Source: Desulfotalea psychrophila LSv54 (GTDB lineage Bacteria; Desulfobacterota; Desulfobulbia; Desulfobulbales; Desulfocapsaceae). Taken from it: 32,000 nucleotides of DNA. The stretch spans positions 1,710,001-1,742,000 of the forward strand of contig NC_006138.1 of assembly GCF_000025945.1 (NCBI RefSeq), written 5' to 3'. The position numbers were made by a program, and so were the translations under genes. A model generated the notes under the pieces. That model did no database searches, was not told the origin of the DNA, and saw nothing but the letters and a program-made list of their open reading frames with translations. Positions 1 through 9,459 of the stretch are shown one piece after another; within the stretch, counting starts at the first letter, position 1; the number at the start of each line of letters is the position of its first letter.

Positions 1-642
1 CTGAATGAGTAGACTGACAAGATTGTCAATATCCCGTAGGTTTGTCCTCTTCGCCAGGTTCTTCAGACATTCATTTCGTGGTTTGCCTGTTTTGAGTTCA
101 AGAGAAAGTATTTTGAACTCTTTGGCGAGTTCTGGACTGGTAATATGTATTTCCTGGGCCACTCTGCGAATTGCAGAATCTATTCCCATCCCGGCTTCAA
201 CACATACCATCAAAAGATCAATTGCATCGGGAAAGGTACGATCAAGCTCCTTCCTCCGGTAATGGCCTCTGATTTTCAACCTGAAAACGGGTAAGAAGTA
301 GCCGAAAATTCCTGCGAAAATGGCAAAGGCTAATAGTCGTTCTGTGAATGTCCTAAAGCCAACCACATGCGAGATGGTAAGTAGCAGGAGTGGTAAGACT
401 AAGAGGAAGTAACGGAGCAACTGGTAAGAGCGCAGGCTGGTGGAATCATAAATTCCGGCCCGTTGATAAAATAGGGGGGTACCCGAATAGATGCTCTCCG
501 TACCAGCCTTCATTTTTGCCCCGGGCAATCCGAGAACGGTCCAGATGGTATGTCCTCCCCTCTCGTTGGCCTTTGCCTTGCCATTGCCGTTGCTGTAGCG
601 TTTGCACCATTTTTGGGCCCTTGTCACTATATCCTGTTCCAT
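1..642 (-). CDS. tadC: Tad pilus inner-membrane platform protein TadC (T2SS-F/GspF-like domain). The 3' end runs off the left edge of the window. Absent from the supplied ORF track.
   Basis: Hand translation of the minus strand in the frame ending at position 1 shows no stop between 672 and 1, and the first ATG is at 642. Product: MEQDIVTRAQKW...TPLFYQRAGIYDSTSLRSYQLLRYFLLVLPLLLLTISHVV...RRKELDRTFPDAIDLLMVCVEAGMGIDSAIRRVAQEI... The FPDAxDLL-x5-AG block matches the same block in the adjacent TadB (HFPDALDLMGYAMKAGHSI). A position directly after tadB is canonical. Confidence 0.8.
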   Translation of the reverse strand, partial: MEQDIVTRAQKWCKRYSNGNGKAKANERGGHTIWTVLGLPGAKMKAGTESIYSGTPLFYQRAGIYDSTSLRSYQLLRYFLLVLPLLLLTISHVVGFRTFTERLLAFAIFAGIFGYFLPVFRLKIRGHYRRKELDRTFPDAIDLLMVCVEAGMGIDSAIRRVAQEIHITSPELAKEFKILSLELKTGKPRNECLKNLAKRTNLRDIDNLVSLLIQ

Positions 643-649
643 TTTCCAC

Positions 650-736
650 TTACTTATAGATCTTGCTTCCAATCAAGAGGAGAAGGAGGATGACGACAAA
701 TAGAGTTCCTGAGAGTAAAATTGGGTTAGTATCCAT
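650..736 (-). CDS. 28-aa single-pass membrane ORF (MDTNPILLSGTLFVVILLLLLIGSKIYK), probably the detached N-terminal TM helix of tadC
   Basis: The ATG at 736 lies 8 nt after the tadB stop. The ORF has a strongly hydrophobic core and a TAA at 652-650. The tadC body ATG follows 7 nt later in the +1 frame. The ORF is below the ORF-track size cut-off. Confidence 0.35.
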   Translation of the reverse strand: MDTNPILLSGTLFVVILLLLLIGSKIYK

Positions 737-744
737 GTTTTTTC

Positions 745-1698
745 TCACATATCAAGTTGAACAAATTTATATATAATAAAACTTCCAAACGACATCATAA
801 TTACAGCACCTGTAATGAGATAGGGACCAATGGGGTCTGTTATCAGTATAGCTACATACTCTTTGTTTAAAACACTAACAGCTAAGGCAATACAAAACGG
901 TAGGGCAACGAGAATAATAGCTGAAAGTTTTCCCTCTGCGGAGAGGGCGCGAACCCTCTCTCTGAATCTAAATTTTTTTCGAATGATGGCAGAAATTTTT
1001 TCTAATATTTCAACAAGATTTCCACCTGTTTCCCGTTGAACAATGACCGAGGTAACAAAGTAGCGCAACTCTGTGGAATCAACCCTCTTGGCAAAATTGC
1101 GCAGGGTAGAGTCAATACTTTTTCCGAAGTTTATCTCTTCAACAACAATGGCAAACTCCTCATTTATCGGGGCTGGCATCTCTTCGGAAACCATCTTTAA
1201 ACTTGCCATGATAGAGTGTCCGGCCTTCATGGCATATCCCATGAGATCAAGGGCATCAGGGAAGTGTTCTTCAAAATTTATTCGTCTCTGACGACGTTTT
1301 GACAGTAACCACAGAAAGGGGAGCAAGAGGGCAACAGCGGCAGCAGTAACAGAAACGGCAATGTGATTTTTAAGGAGAAAGAAGCTGACAAGAAAAGCCA
1401 CGGCGGAAAAAAGCAGGGAGGAAAGAATAAAAACACCTGCAAGTATTTTAACTCCACCCTGCTGCATCAGTTCGGCAAGTTTTTTTACCGGAGGTATGGC
1501 GAGGAGGATTTCATTAAATAACTTAATATTACTTAAATTGTTATGATTGAGAGCATCCCTTCTGACCTCTTGGGGAGTAGAATATTTTTCCACCATCATC
1601 TGGATAGAGCGGGAATCTCTTCTCACAATAAGGCTATAGCTTACCTGAAGAATAATTAATATTAAAAAAAATAGAGTTAATGCTAGAAACAGTTCCAT
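745..1698 (-). CDS. tadB: Tad pilus inner-membrane platform protein TadB (T2SS-F domain)
   Basis: 317 aa with an N-terminal TM helix, the HFPDALDLMGYAMKAGHSI GspF-like block and C-terminal TM segments. It lies immediately downstream of the CpaF/TadA ATPase. Confidence 0.85.
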   Translation of the reverse strand: MELFLALTLFFLILIILQVSYSLIVRRDSRSIQMMVEKYSTPQEVRRDALNHNNLSNIKLFNEILLAIPPVKKLAELMQQGGVKILAGVFILSSLLFSAVAFLVSFFLLKNHIAVSVTAAAVALLLPFLWLLSKRRQRRINFEEHFPDALDLMGYAMKAGHSIMASLKMVSEEMPAPINEEFAIVVEEINFGKSIDSTLRNFAKRVDSTELRYFVTSVIVQRETGGNLVEILEKISAIIRKKFRFRERVRALSAEGKLSAIILVALPFCIALAVSVLNKEYVAILITDPIGPYLITGAVIMMSFGSFIIYKFVQLDM

Positions 1699-1728
1699 AT
1701 TATACCCCCACCAGTAAGCATTCAGAGG

Positions 1729-3114
1729 TTAGTCCTCATCAAAAGGTGTCTCATTTTCATCAAAAAGTTCTTCGGTTAGTGGCACCCCCATTTGGGTAAA
1801 CTTATCAAAAAATTTAGGCCGTACCCCCCTGACCTCAAAATGACCGCTAACGCCCCCTACCTGGTCAATACCCGTTTGCTCAAAGGCAATTATCTCCTGC
1901 ATACTAATAACATTGCCCTCCATTCCGGTAATTTCCGAAAGGCTCACCACCTTTCTTGAGCCATCAACCAATCTATCCACCTGAATAACCACATTAATTG
2001 CAGAGCTGATGTACCTTTTAATATAGTCGCTATGCAGATTAAAACCGGCCATATTAACCATGGTTTCAATACGCATCAGGGCATCTGCAGGATTATTAGC
2101 GTGGACGGTAGTTAAGGAACCTTCGTGGCCTGTGTTCATCGCCTGCAACATATCAATTGCCTCGGCACCACGTACCTCGCCAACAATGATTCTGTCAGGG
2201 CGCATACGTAGGCTGTTGCGAACAAGATTTCGCTGGGTGATCTGTCCCGCCCCCTCCACATTTGCAGGTCGTGTCTCAAGGCGAATCACATGTTCCTGAC
2301 GAAGCTGAAGTTCGGCTGAATCTTCAATGGTAACGGTTCGTTCAGCTGAAGAGATAAATCGTGACATGACGTTTAAAAGGGTGGTTTTTCCTGAGCCGGT
2401 TCCACCGGAAATGAGTACATTTAATCTGGCCTGAACAATGCCCTCTAGTAATTTACCAAGTGCTGGCGTTATTGTCTTTAAGACCTGGAGGTCATGCATT
2501 TCCAGAGGATCAACGGAGAATCGCCTGATTGACATACAGGGGCCATTGAGCGCCAGAGGAGGAATAATCACATTTACCCGGGAGCCATCCGCCAGACGTG
2601 CATCGACCATGGGAGAAATTTCATCAATTCTTCTGCCAACAGCAGAGACTATCTTTTCTATAATTCTCATCAGGTGCTTATTGTCCTTGAATCGGATCTT
2701 TGTCCGTTCAATCTTACCAAATCTCTCAACGTATACAGAGTGATAGGCGTTGACCAGGATGTCTGATACAGTCGGGTCTTTCATCAGCGCTTCCAGTGGG
2801 CCGAGACCTAATACCTCATCTTCAATTTCCTGGAGAAGGCATTCGTGCTCCTTGCTGTTTATCGGCATGACCTTGACACTGCCGTCGGTTAATATCTCCT
2901 GGGTCCTGTTGCGTATCTCCTCCCGCAGTACCTTCTCATCAACACTGTCCAGAAGGGAGAGATCCACAACCTTGGTTAAGCGGTCATGTATATCTGCCTT
3001 CAGTTCAAAATATTCGTCAGAAAGACCGAACTCATTACCCGGAGTAATCTCCACAATGTTTCCATTGGGCTGAACCGGATGATTCAATTTATCAAGATGC
3101 GCTTGCAAGTTCAC
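1729..3114 (-). CDS. tadA: Tad/Flp pilus secretion ATPase CpaF/TadA (VirB11/GspE superfamily)
   Basis: 461 aa. Walker A is [10 protein letters not shown] and the Walker B region is [13 protein letters not shown], followed by the [12 protein letters not shown] His-box typical of CpaF. Confidence 0.93.
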   Translation of the reverse strand: MNLQAHLDKLNHPVQPNGNIVEITPGNEFGLSDEYFELKADIHDRLTKVVDLSLLDSVDEKVLREEIRNRTQEILTDGSVKVMPINSKEHECLLQEIEDEVLGLGPLEALMKDPTVSDILVNAYHSVYVERFGKIERTKIRFKDNKHLMRIIEKIVSAVGRRIDEISPMVDARLADGSRVNVIIPPLALNGPCMSIRRFSVDPLEMHDLQVLKTITPALGKLLEGIVQARLNVLISGGTGSGKTTLLNVMSRFISSAERTVTIEDSAELQLRQEHVIRLETRPANVEGAGQITQRNLVRNSLRMRPDRIIVGEVRGAEAIDMLQAMNTGHEGSLTTVHANNPADALMRIETMVNMAGFNLHSDYIKRYISSAINVVIQVDRLVDGSRKVVSLSEITGMEGNVISMQEIIAFEQTGIDQVGGVSGHFEVRGVRPKFFDKFTQMGVPLTEELFDENETPFDED

Positions 3115-3141
3115 TCGTCACCTCTTGGTTAAGGCCATCAT

Positions 3142-4302
3142 TTATTTAGCATTCCACCAATGTTTACCCTTGGTGTTATTTTTGCCGACAATAGTTTCAG
3201 CCAGGGCAGAGTACACCCTTGCCAGGTTTGATTTTCCCCTGACATTTGCAATTGGTTTTCCATTGTTAATGGCAGACATCGTTAACTCATAGTCATTTGG
3301 AATGGTAACAGATATCTCTCCGCCAATCATTTTCCCGGCCTCTTTGAGACTAATCTGGGACTTTTTTTCAAAACGATTGGCTATAATCTGTACCTTGCCA
3401 TTGGTCATCTCCCCACCCATATCAAGGGATTCTTTAAGGCGTTTAGCGTTGATGATGCATGGCAGGCTCAGGGTTGATATCAGGTAAACCACCTCAGATT
3501 TTTCAAAAATCTTAAAAGATATGTCATCCAGATACATACCGGAATCAATCACAATATAGTCAAAGAAGTCCTGCATCGCTGTCAGGATGGTAACCAGATA
3601 ATCACGGGCAAGTTGAACGCCATTGGCAATCTTGTTCGGTGCTGGCATGACATAGACTCCCGAGGAGTGTCTTGTCATAGCACTTTTAAGATAGGCCGCA
3701 TCAAGGCGGTTTATGTTTTTGCCTATCTCCTCCCAGTTTAAATCTGTCTCCAGATTGAGAAAGAGGGGAACCTCACCAACCATCCTGTTCATATCTATCA
3801 GGGCAACCAGCTTTGACTTATCAAAGGACTGGATACTGGTGGCAAGATTTACGGCAAAGGTGGTTGTTCCCACCCCGCCCTTGGCTCCGAGAACGCTAAA
3901 TATGCTGCCCTCCTTAGAGGGCATCTCTTCGCTTTCCTGGCCGTTATCAGAAACACGCACCTCCATAAAGGCTTTAACCACCTCTTGGGGAAGAATGGGC
4001 TGCTGGAAGAACTCTTTTGCCCCGGTGTGCAGGGCAGGCAGAAGAATCTTGGAGGTCGCTTCGGCTGAGGTAACAAAGAGAGTGCCGACAACCCCCTCTT
4101 GGAGGAGGGTCCGAATAGTCTCCAGTTCAGAGTCCGGATCACTACCGATTTCAAGGACAAGGACATCAACTCTGGTCGCTTTTGGGTCATCCAGGAGGGT
4201 AATATTATCCAAGGATGAGACAATATCAGTTAAACTCTGCAGCACCTCAGGGGTCTTCACTGCCAGTCGGGCTGAGAGTTTTTTTGTTCTGTTATATTTC
4301 AT
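3142..4302 (-). CDS. tadZ: TadZ/CpaE, a ParA/MinD-like pilus localisation ATPase with a receiver-like N-domain
   Basis: 386 aa with the deviant Walker A LGAKGGVGTTTFAVNLA in the C-terminal half and a CheY-like fold pattern in the N-terminal ~120 aa. It lies upstream of tadA. Confidence 0.85.
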   Translation of the reverse strand: MKYNRTKKLSARLAVKTPEVLQSLTDIVSSLDNITLLDDPKATRVDVLVLEIGSDPDSELETIRTLLQEGVVGTLFVTSAEATSKILLPALHTGAKEFFQQPILPQEVVKAFMEVRVSDNGQESEEMPSKEGSIFSVLGAKGGVGTTTFAVNLATSIQSFDKSKLVALIDMNRMVGEVPLFLNLETDLNWEEIGKNINRLDAAYLKSAMTRHSSGVYVMPAPNKIANGVQLARDYLVTILTAMQDFFDYIVIDSGMYLDDISFKIFEKSEVVYLISTLSLPCIINAKRLKESLDMGGEMTNGKVQIIANRFEKKSQISLKEAGKMIGGEISVTIPNDYELTMSAINNGKPIANVRGKSNLARVYSALAETIVGKNNTKGKHWWNAK

Positions 4303-4350
4303 AAAAACCCCTATTAAGAATTTAAGATCTGCTGGGATGGAACTATGCCT

Positions 4351-5613
4351 CTACTTGACCAGCTTTGGTATTTTGGCAAGAATGCCAAAATTCTGTCCAC
4401 CGGAACCTCCCTGCGGTTCATGCGCCTCACAACTCGGTAAAAAGAATATATTTTTTTTCTGATACATATCCTCATAGTCTTCGTCGCTTACAGGAGGTCC
4501 GGTAACATTCTCTAGATCGAAGTGATCCACAAAATCCTTCCAGCAGTTGTGTCGATCTTCAAGGGTTGTGGTGGTACTGCAAGTCCAATCAGCCATCTCC
4601 GTCGGTACCTCTTTCATCTGACTCCAGGGATCATTCTTATGTATAATCCAGATGATGTTTACCTCAACTGCTCCAACCAGGGGTGAACAGGTATTACTTA
4701 CTCCGCAGTCAATCACCGGCAGGGTCACAGGCCATGGGGTATTGGCATTACCTTCACCGTCATCTATGATCCATGCCTCCCAGCAGTCTGTTATGTTGCC
4801 GAAAATATTATCCTGTACGCCATTTTGGGTCCCCATCCCCTCACCAAAATGGATATCCGTTATATTGCTCCCCGAACAGCCACTGGTCAGATCCTGCATA
4901 TCACTGTTACTTGCTGTGGAGCAGGGCTCTTGGGAAAAATTTGTCCACATTGCCGTCATCTCTGTAGCGGCATTTCCACCACTGTTTAACATCCGTCCCA
5001 TATTACAGTTAAAAGAGTCACCATCGGTGATAGTTTCTTTACATATACCAATGGGTAGATCAATTTCCCCCGGATAGAGGTCGCCGGCAAAACCGATATA
5101 GGCTATCGCCTCGGTGTTGACCAGAAATGAGGCAAAACCGAAAATTCGAGCGAAAAAGGCAGGTGTATCATCTCTAAAGCTGACCACCCGTACCGCATTG
5201 ATAAAATTTAGATCAGCGTCCAGCTCAGCGAATGATTTTTCTTGCCACTCGCCCTGAGTATCAGTCGGATTGGGGCTAAAGGTGCTGGTGGTAAAGCTCC
5301 AGTGACCTGTCTCTATCGGTTTAAATTGCACGGCGTCGTTTCCGGTGCTGTTCAGAGAGACGACTCTTTCTGCCTCGGCAATTGCATCGTCTCTGGTCAG
5401 GATACCATTCTCGACGTCAAGTAGTTCATGGGCGCCTGCCAGGGCCCCTGCATCTGCCCCATTTTGTAGCTCATTTCTCACCCCGTAGAGATAACCAAGA
5501 TCAACAGCCAGGGCTGCAAACATAATCAGAACGGCCATGAGTATGGCAGTCAGTACTGCCACCGCCCCCTCTTCGCCTTTTTTACTGCCGGTCTTCAATA
5601 TTGACTTCATCAT
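4351..5613 (-). CDS. tadG: TadG-like pseudopilin/anchor protein with a Cys-rich C-terminal domain
   Basis: 420 aa. The N-terminus, GAVAVLTAILMAVLIMFAALAVDLGYLYGVRNELQNGADAGALAGA, matches the TadE/G-like N-terminal domain. The remainder carries 10 Cys and no obvious vWA MIDAS (DxSxS) motif. Confidence 0.7.
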   Translation of the reverse strand: MMKSILKTGSKKGEEGAVAVLTAILMAVLIMFAALAVDLGYLYGVRNELQNGADAGALAGAHELLDVENGILTRDDAIAEAERVVSLNSTGNDAVQFKPIETGHWSFTTSTFSPNPTDTQGEWQEKSFAELDADLNFINAVRVVSFRDDTPAFFARIFGFASFLVNTEAIAYIGFAGDLYPGEIDLPIGICKETITDGDSFNCNMGRMLNSGGNAATEMTAMWTNFSQEPCSTASNSDMQDLTSGCSGSNITDIHFGEGMGTQNGVQDNIFGNITDCWEAWIIDDGEGNANTPWPVTLPVIDCGVSNTCSPLVGAVEVNIIWIIHKNDPWSQMKEVPTEMADWTCSTTTTLEDRHNCWKDFVDHFDLENVTGPPVSDEDYEDMYQKKNIFFLPSCEAHEPQGGSGGQNFGILAKIPKLVK

Positions 5614-5630
5614 AAAAAGTCTCCCGAGAA

Positions 5631-6107
5631 CTACTCCATTCTCATTAACGTTTCCCCAATGAGGGGAACCGTTAACAGCTGGAAATTACCGCCAACTAAG
5701 GCAGCCATATTGGGAAAAAGCAGAAAAGTATAGGTATAGGTTACCCTCACCGTCAAATCCTCCACCCCATCTCCATCCGGGTCAGCGCGAGTAATAGCTA
5801 TGTCACCATCCTGCAGTGTCTGTGGCCCAGCGGATCCCAGACTGATCAGGGAGGAGCTACCACCATCGTCATTGACATAGTCCCGGACAACTGCCCGGAT
5901 AGTATCATCACTTACCTGGATAGGATTTTCACCATCTGTTGAATAGACGATTCCGGCCCGCGCCCCCTCTCGGGAGGCGTTGGTAATCACCGCCTTATCA
6001 AACAGTAAAAAGGAAAATTCAATTATGCCAAAAACCAAAATTAAAAGCAGGGGCAGGACCAGAGCAAACTCAATGGCCGAAACACCCTGGTCTGAACGAT
6101 TTTTCAT
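5631..6107 (-). CDS. tadE: TadE-like minor (pseudo)pilin
   Basis: 158 aa. The N-terminus GVSAIEFALVLPLLLILVFGIIEFSFLL is the TadE-like motif, with a G/xxAIEF processing-site analogue. Confidence 0.8.
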   Translation of the reverse strand: MKNRSDQGVSAIEFALVLPLLLILVFGIIEFSFLLFDKAVITNASREGARAGIVYSTDGENPIQVSDDTIRAVVRDYVNDDGGSSSLISLGSAGPQTLQDGDIAITRADPDGDGVEDLTVRVTYTYTFLLFPNMAALVGGNFQLLTVPLIGETLMRME

Positions 6108-6125
6108 AGCTCCACCATAGTTTAT

Positions 6126-6413
6126 CTACTTTGTCTCTATTCCATCAACGGAGATCGAATAAGTTTCAGTTTTAGGTGATGTTGCCTCAAAGCTACCCTC
6201 ATAACGTTTCATAACCCGGGTCCCGACACTTCCCTCTAGCCCCTCAACAGGCGCTACATCTTTACCTGCATTGAGATCATGGATCTGACTCTGCTTGGCA
6301 AGCTCGAAGGAGGTGCCATAGAAGTTGTCCACCTGGGTTGGCTGTTTTGTACAGCCAATCAGGAGAAGAAAGGGGACGAGGAGCATGGCCAGCATACATT
6401 TTTTCATTTTCAT
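6126..6413 (-). CDS. Small lipoprotein at the RcpB/CpaD position of the Tad locus
   Basis: 95 aa with a signal peptide carrying the lipobox LLLIGC. It lies directly after the secretin gene. I recognised no other motif. Confidence 0.6.
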   Translation of the reverse strand: MKMKKCMLAMLLVPFLLLIGCTKQPTQVDNFYGTSFELAKQSQIHDLNAGKDVAPVEGLEGSVGTRVMKRYEGSFEATSPKTETYSISVDGIETK

Positions 6414-6433
6414 CTCAGCTCTCCGTAAAAGTA

Positions 6434-7876
6434 TTACTCAGGAACGATATAGCCAAAATCGCCTTCCAGTGGCAGACTGTTTGCACCAGTGGCGGAGGCA
6501 TTTTCTACATAGGTCTGCTTCTCCTTCCCCTCCAGCATACCCAAGACCAAGAGTTCAAATGCCGTTGGTTCCACAAAGGAATCCGTCGGCAGAGAGAGTT
6601 CGTCTCCATCGACAGGTGTTACCAGATGGGGGGTGACCACTACCACCAGCTCTGTCTCATTTTTTATGTATTTGCTACTACGAAAGAGGACTCCAAGGAT
6701 TGGGATGTCGCCTAATAGCGGGAACTTCTTGATTGATTCGCGGATATTGTTTTTCATTAAACCGGCAATGGCAAAACTCTGATTGTCATTAAGCTCAACA
6801 ACAGTTGACATCCGCCTTGTCTCAATGGAGGGCACCACATAGCCAGCATAGGAGATGGTATTGGTGAAATCCAGGTCAGAGACTTCAGGGGATACCAGTA
6901 GAGATATCCTGCCCTCACCGAGGACCGTTGGGGTGAAGTTGAGTCCTACCCCGAAAGGTTTCCACTCAATGCTAAATCTGTCGAATTGTTGGGCAACCGG
7001 AAAGGGAAATTCACCACCTGCTAAAAAGCTGGCACTCTGTCCACTCTGGGCGATAAGGGTCGGCTTGGCCAGAACCTTCACGAGACCATCTTCCTGCAGG
7101 GCATCAATTGCAACGATGTAGCTACCACTCTTACCGAAAACAGCATTCACACCGCTACCTATGTTTAGGCCGTCTAGGACACGGGCCGGCTCGATGGGCA
7201 ATGTACCACCGGGAAGACCTGACAGGCCATCCAGCATGGAGAGACCAAAACCACTTGAACCATCAAGGCCAAAGTTAATACCCAGTTGGTTTCCTACTCT
7301 CTTTGATATTTCAGCAATCCGTACCTCCAGCATCACCTGCTGAATTCCTCCCACCTTGAGGAGATTAATGACCTTGCTCGGTGCATAGGCTTCGGCAAGG
7401 GCGAGGATTTTCTGCAGCCTCACCGCTCCGGCGACAGTTCCGGTCAGGGTCAGGAAGTCTCCGGAATCACGAACAGAGACGTTTTCACCGGGGAAGACAT
7501 CATGGATATGTTTTTTAAGTCCGAGCACATCCGGGCGAACAATTATTTCAAAGGTACCCAATATCTTGTTTCTTGCTCCCCAGAGGGTGAGTTGGGTGGT
7601 ACCAATGGATTTGCCACTGACAAAAACCCAGGCCGGTGACTGAGTCTTGGAATAGATCAACTCAGCAATATCCGGATTGACGATATGGGCTCGTCTTATA
7701 ACTTCAGATGATCGAAGTTTGGCCAACCTGTTTATTGTTAACTGAACGGGTTCACCGGGCTTTGTGTTGATTAACACCGTCGCCTCGCTTTCGGCCGCAA
7801 AGGGCCCACCTCCCATGACAAGAAGGCAGCAGATGCTGACGGTCAACATCCTTACAAAATTACACACTGACAACAT
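6434..7876 (-). CDS. rcpA: Tad pilus outer-membrane secretin RcpA/CpaC
   Basis: 480 aa with a signal peptide and the C-terminal secretin block KKFPLLGDIPILGVLFRSSKYIKNETELVVVVTPHLV. It follows cpaB. Confidence 0.9.
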   Translation of the reverse strand: MLSVCNFVRMLTVSICCLLVMGGGPFAAESEATVLINTKPGEPVQLTINRLAKLRSSEVIRRAHIVNPDIAELIYSKTQSPAWVFVSGKSIGTTQLTLWGARNKILGTFEIIVRPDVLGLKKHIHDVFPGENVSVRDSGDFLTLTGTVAGAVRLQKILALAEAYAPSKVINLLKVGGIQQVMLEVRIAEISKRVGNQLGINFGLDGSSGFGLSMLDGLSGLPGGTLPIEPARVLDGLNIGSGVNAVFGKSGSYIVAIDALQEDGLVKVLAKPTLIAQSGQSASFLAGGEFPFPVAQQFDRFSIEWKPFGVGLNFTPTVLGEGRISLLVSPEVSDLDFTNTISYAGYVVPSIETRRMSTVVELNDNQSFAIAGLMKNNIRESIKKFPLLGDIPILGVLFRSSKYIKNETELVVVVTPHLVTPVDGDELSLPTDSFVEPTAFELLVLGMLEGKEKQTYVENASATGANSLPLEGDFGYIVPE

Positions 7877-7902
7877 AATGGACTCCTTCCTGTTAACGTT
7901 AA

Positions 7903-8760
7903 TTACTTGGCAATTCGAACTCTTTTTACCTCGTTGCCATTCATGACCTCAATTACATGATGAGCTCTCGCTCTCCTTGGTGCGGTCTTTTTTACTGCTG
8001 TTTTTCCACCCTTAACAGTCTTGAAAACATCCGGAGAGTAGGATTTGAGCAGTGATGTTTTGGTTATTCCTCGGGTGAGGACCGGTTCAACATCAGAGTA
8101 ACCTCGAAGAGCCAGCTGAATACGACCCTCATTCACTGCAAGGGCAAGTTTCTCCCCCTCTTCAAGATCAACCTCAAGGGTGACAACGGTTACCTTATGT
8201 ACCTTTTTGTCCGCACTCTCTTGGGCCAGGGTGCCAACGGAGAGGACCAGGATATTTTGCAGCACCGTCTTTGTTATTTGGCTCCGCGTATCGCCAGGTT
8301 TTTCAATGGAAACCAGGACATCAACCAAGTGGCCTGGGTGCAGAAAACCGGCTACGCCGATAACATTATCCACCTTAATGGCCATGGCCCTTTTTGTGGG
8401 AGTAATCACGGCGGCGAGGCCCCCCTTGGTAAGATCCTGGGGCGCAAGGTCAGAGTTTAAAATAGGCTCGGTGGTAGTCAGGGGGGAGAGGACAATTCGC
8501 CCCACAACCTGTTCCAAATCGGTAAAGTGGCCACTGGGCAGGGTCTCCTGCAGATAGGTGGCCATCTGTACATCTTCGCTCCCTATCTTACTACCACGGG
8601 ACATATCTTTTACTGCAACGGCAATATCAGTCGTTGCCTGTCCTGGTTTTTGTTCCATAACTACGTTTGGGGTGGACATTTTTTTATACACCACAAAGCT
8701 CACCGAAAAGGCAATGACAACAGCTATGACAAGAAAAGTGAGGCGTGGAATGTTATTCAT
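7903..8760 (-). CDS. rcpC: Flp pilus assembly protein CpaB/RcpC (SAF domain plus RcpC domain)
   Basis: 285 aa with an N-terminal TM anchor. It has the SAF-like segment VAVAVKDMSRGSKIGSEDV...VVGRIVLSPLTTTEPI and lies between tadV and the secretin. Confidence 0.85.
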   Translation of the reverse strand: MNNIPRLTFLVIAVVIAFSVSFVVYKKMSTPNVVMEQKPGQATTDIAVAVKDMSRGSKIGSEDVQMATYLQETLPSGHFTDLEQVVGRIVLSPLTTTEPILNSDLAPQDLTKGGLAAVITPTKRAMAIKVDNVIGVAGFLHPGHLVDVLVSIEKPGDTRSQITKTVLQNILVLSVGTLAQESADKKVHKVTVVTLEVDLEEGEKLALAVNEGRIQLALRGYSDVEPVLTRGITKTSLLKSYSPDVFKTVKGGKTAVKKTAPRRARAHHVIEVMNGNEVKRVRIAK

Positions 8761-8805
8761 CGTTTTACCTCCAGCTGATAAATATAATTTTTGATGGCAA
8801 CAAAC

Positions 8806-9381
8806 CTATATGCCAACAGGTGGCAGACCCTTTCCTGCAATCAGATGATAGAGGATATAGGCCAAGGTACCACCGGCGATGACAGCGCCATAGGGAATGC
8901 CCTCGCGTTGTAAGGTTGAACGGTCTACCCGAAGAGCTGCTGCTCCCACCCCACCAAAAGCGGCAAGAAAAGCGTTGCCCATTCGTTGCAGTGTTATCAG
9001 GCAGGTGCTTCGTATGATGAGCATGACTATTGAAGTCAGCCCACCAAGAATTGCTATCACTAAAAATGCGTAGAAGGTGTGAGCAGCTCCAAGAGCTGCC
9101 CCCACTGCTGCTAGCAACTTAACATCACCCGCTCCCATTCCACCAAGCAGGTGGGGTATCAGCAACAAGCCCATACCGCAGGCAATTCCCTGCAGACTAA
9201 AGAGCACTCCGGCAAACCCGGAGAGCAGGCCATGCACTAACAGGGCGATAAGCATCATTGAAAGGGTAATAAAGTTAGGTATGCGCCGGGCACGGAGATC
9301 TGTTACTGTTGAGACCGATAGGGCTATCAATAGTGAGACAAACAGTACTATCGTCAAGGGATCTATTTTATACTGTGGCAT
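8806..9381 (-). CDS. tadV: Prepilin peptidase TadV/CpaA (A24 aspartic peptidase, no methyltransferase domain)
   Basis: 191 aa, polytopic. The two catalytic-Asp contexts are TVTDLRARRIPN and GGMGAGDVKLLAAVG. Confidence 0.88.
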   Translation of the reverse strand: MPQYKIDPLTIVLFVSLLIALSVSTVTDLRARRIPNFITLSMMLIALLVHGLLSGFAGVLFSLQGIACGMGLLLIPHLLGGMGAGDVKLLAAVGAALGAAHTFYAFLVIAILGGLTSIVMLIIRSTCLITLQRMGNAFLAAFGGVGAAALRVDRSTLQREGIPYGAVIAGGTLAYILYHLIAGKGLPPVGI

Positions 9382-9411
9382 ACCACCTCCATCCTCTCTT
9401 GCTCAATTGAT

Positions 9412-9451
9412 CAGGGTACTGATCATCGTAAGGTTCTAAATCAGTACCCTG
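9412..9451 (-). promoter_or_regulatory. Intercistronic stem-loop between flp copy 1 and tadV (perfect 11-bp stem, 18-nt loop)
   Basis: cagggtactga (9412-9422) is the exact reverse complement of tcagtaccctg (9441-9451). The stem starts 8 nt after the flp stop and no U-tract follows it on the minus-strand RNA. Confidence 0.6.
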
Positions 9452-9459
9452 CAGACTCA

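Noticed and set aside
5-649. Track ORFs 5-262 (+), 390-659 (+) and 446-649 (-)
   Set aside because: All overlap the open-ended minus-strand tadC frame, which has a clear T2SS-F motif. Their products are low-complexity or Arg/Ser-rich shadow translations. The 446-649 ORF needs a GTG start with no SD and lies out of frame with the recognisable domain.
3713-4462. 249-aa plus-strand ORF antisense to tadZ, and similar long antisense ORFs (2438-3073, 8180-8794, 10949-11329, 14221-15605, 16507-16932, 19839-20221, 20328-20894, 22612-23115, 25140-25511)
   Set aside because: Each lies wholly inside a well-supported gene on the other strand. They encode Ser/Arg/Pro-rich sequences without motifs and lack ribosome-binding sites. 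They are typical shadow ORFs.
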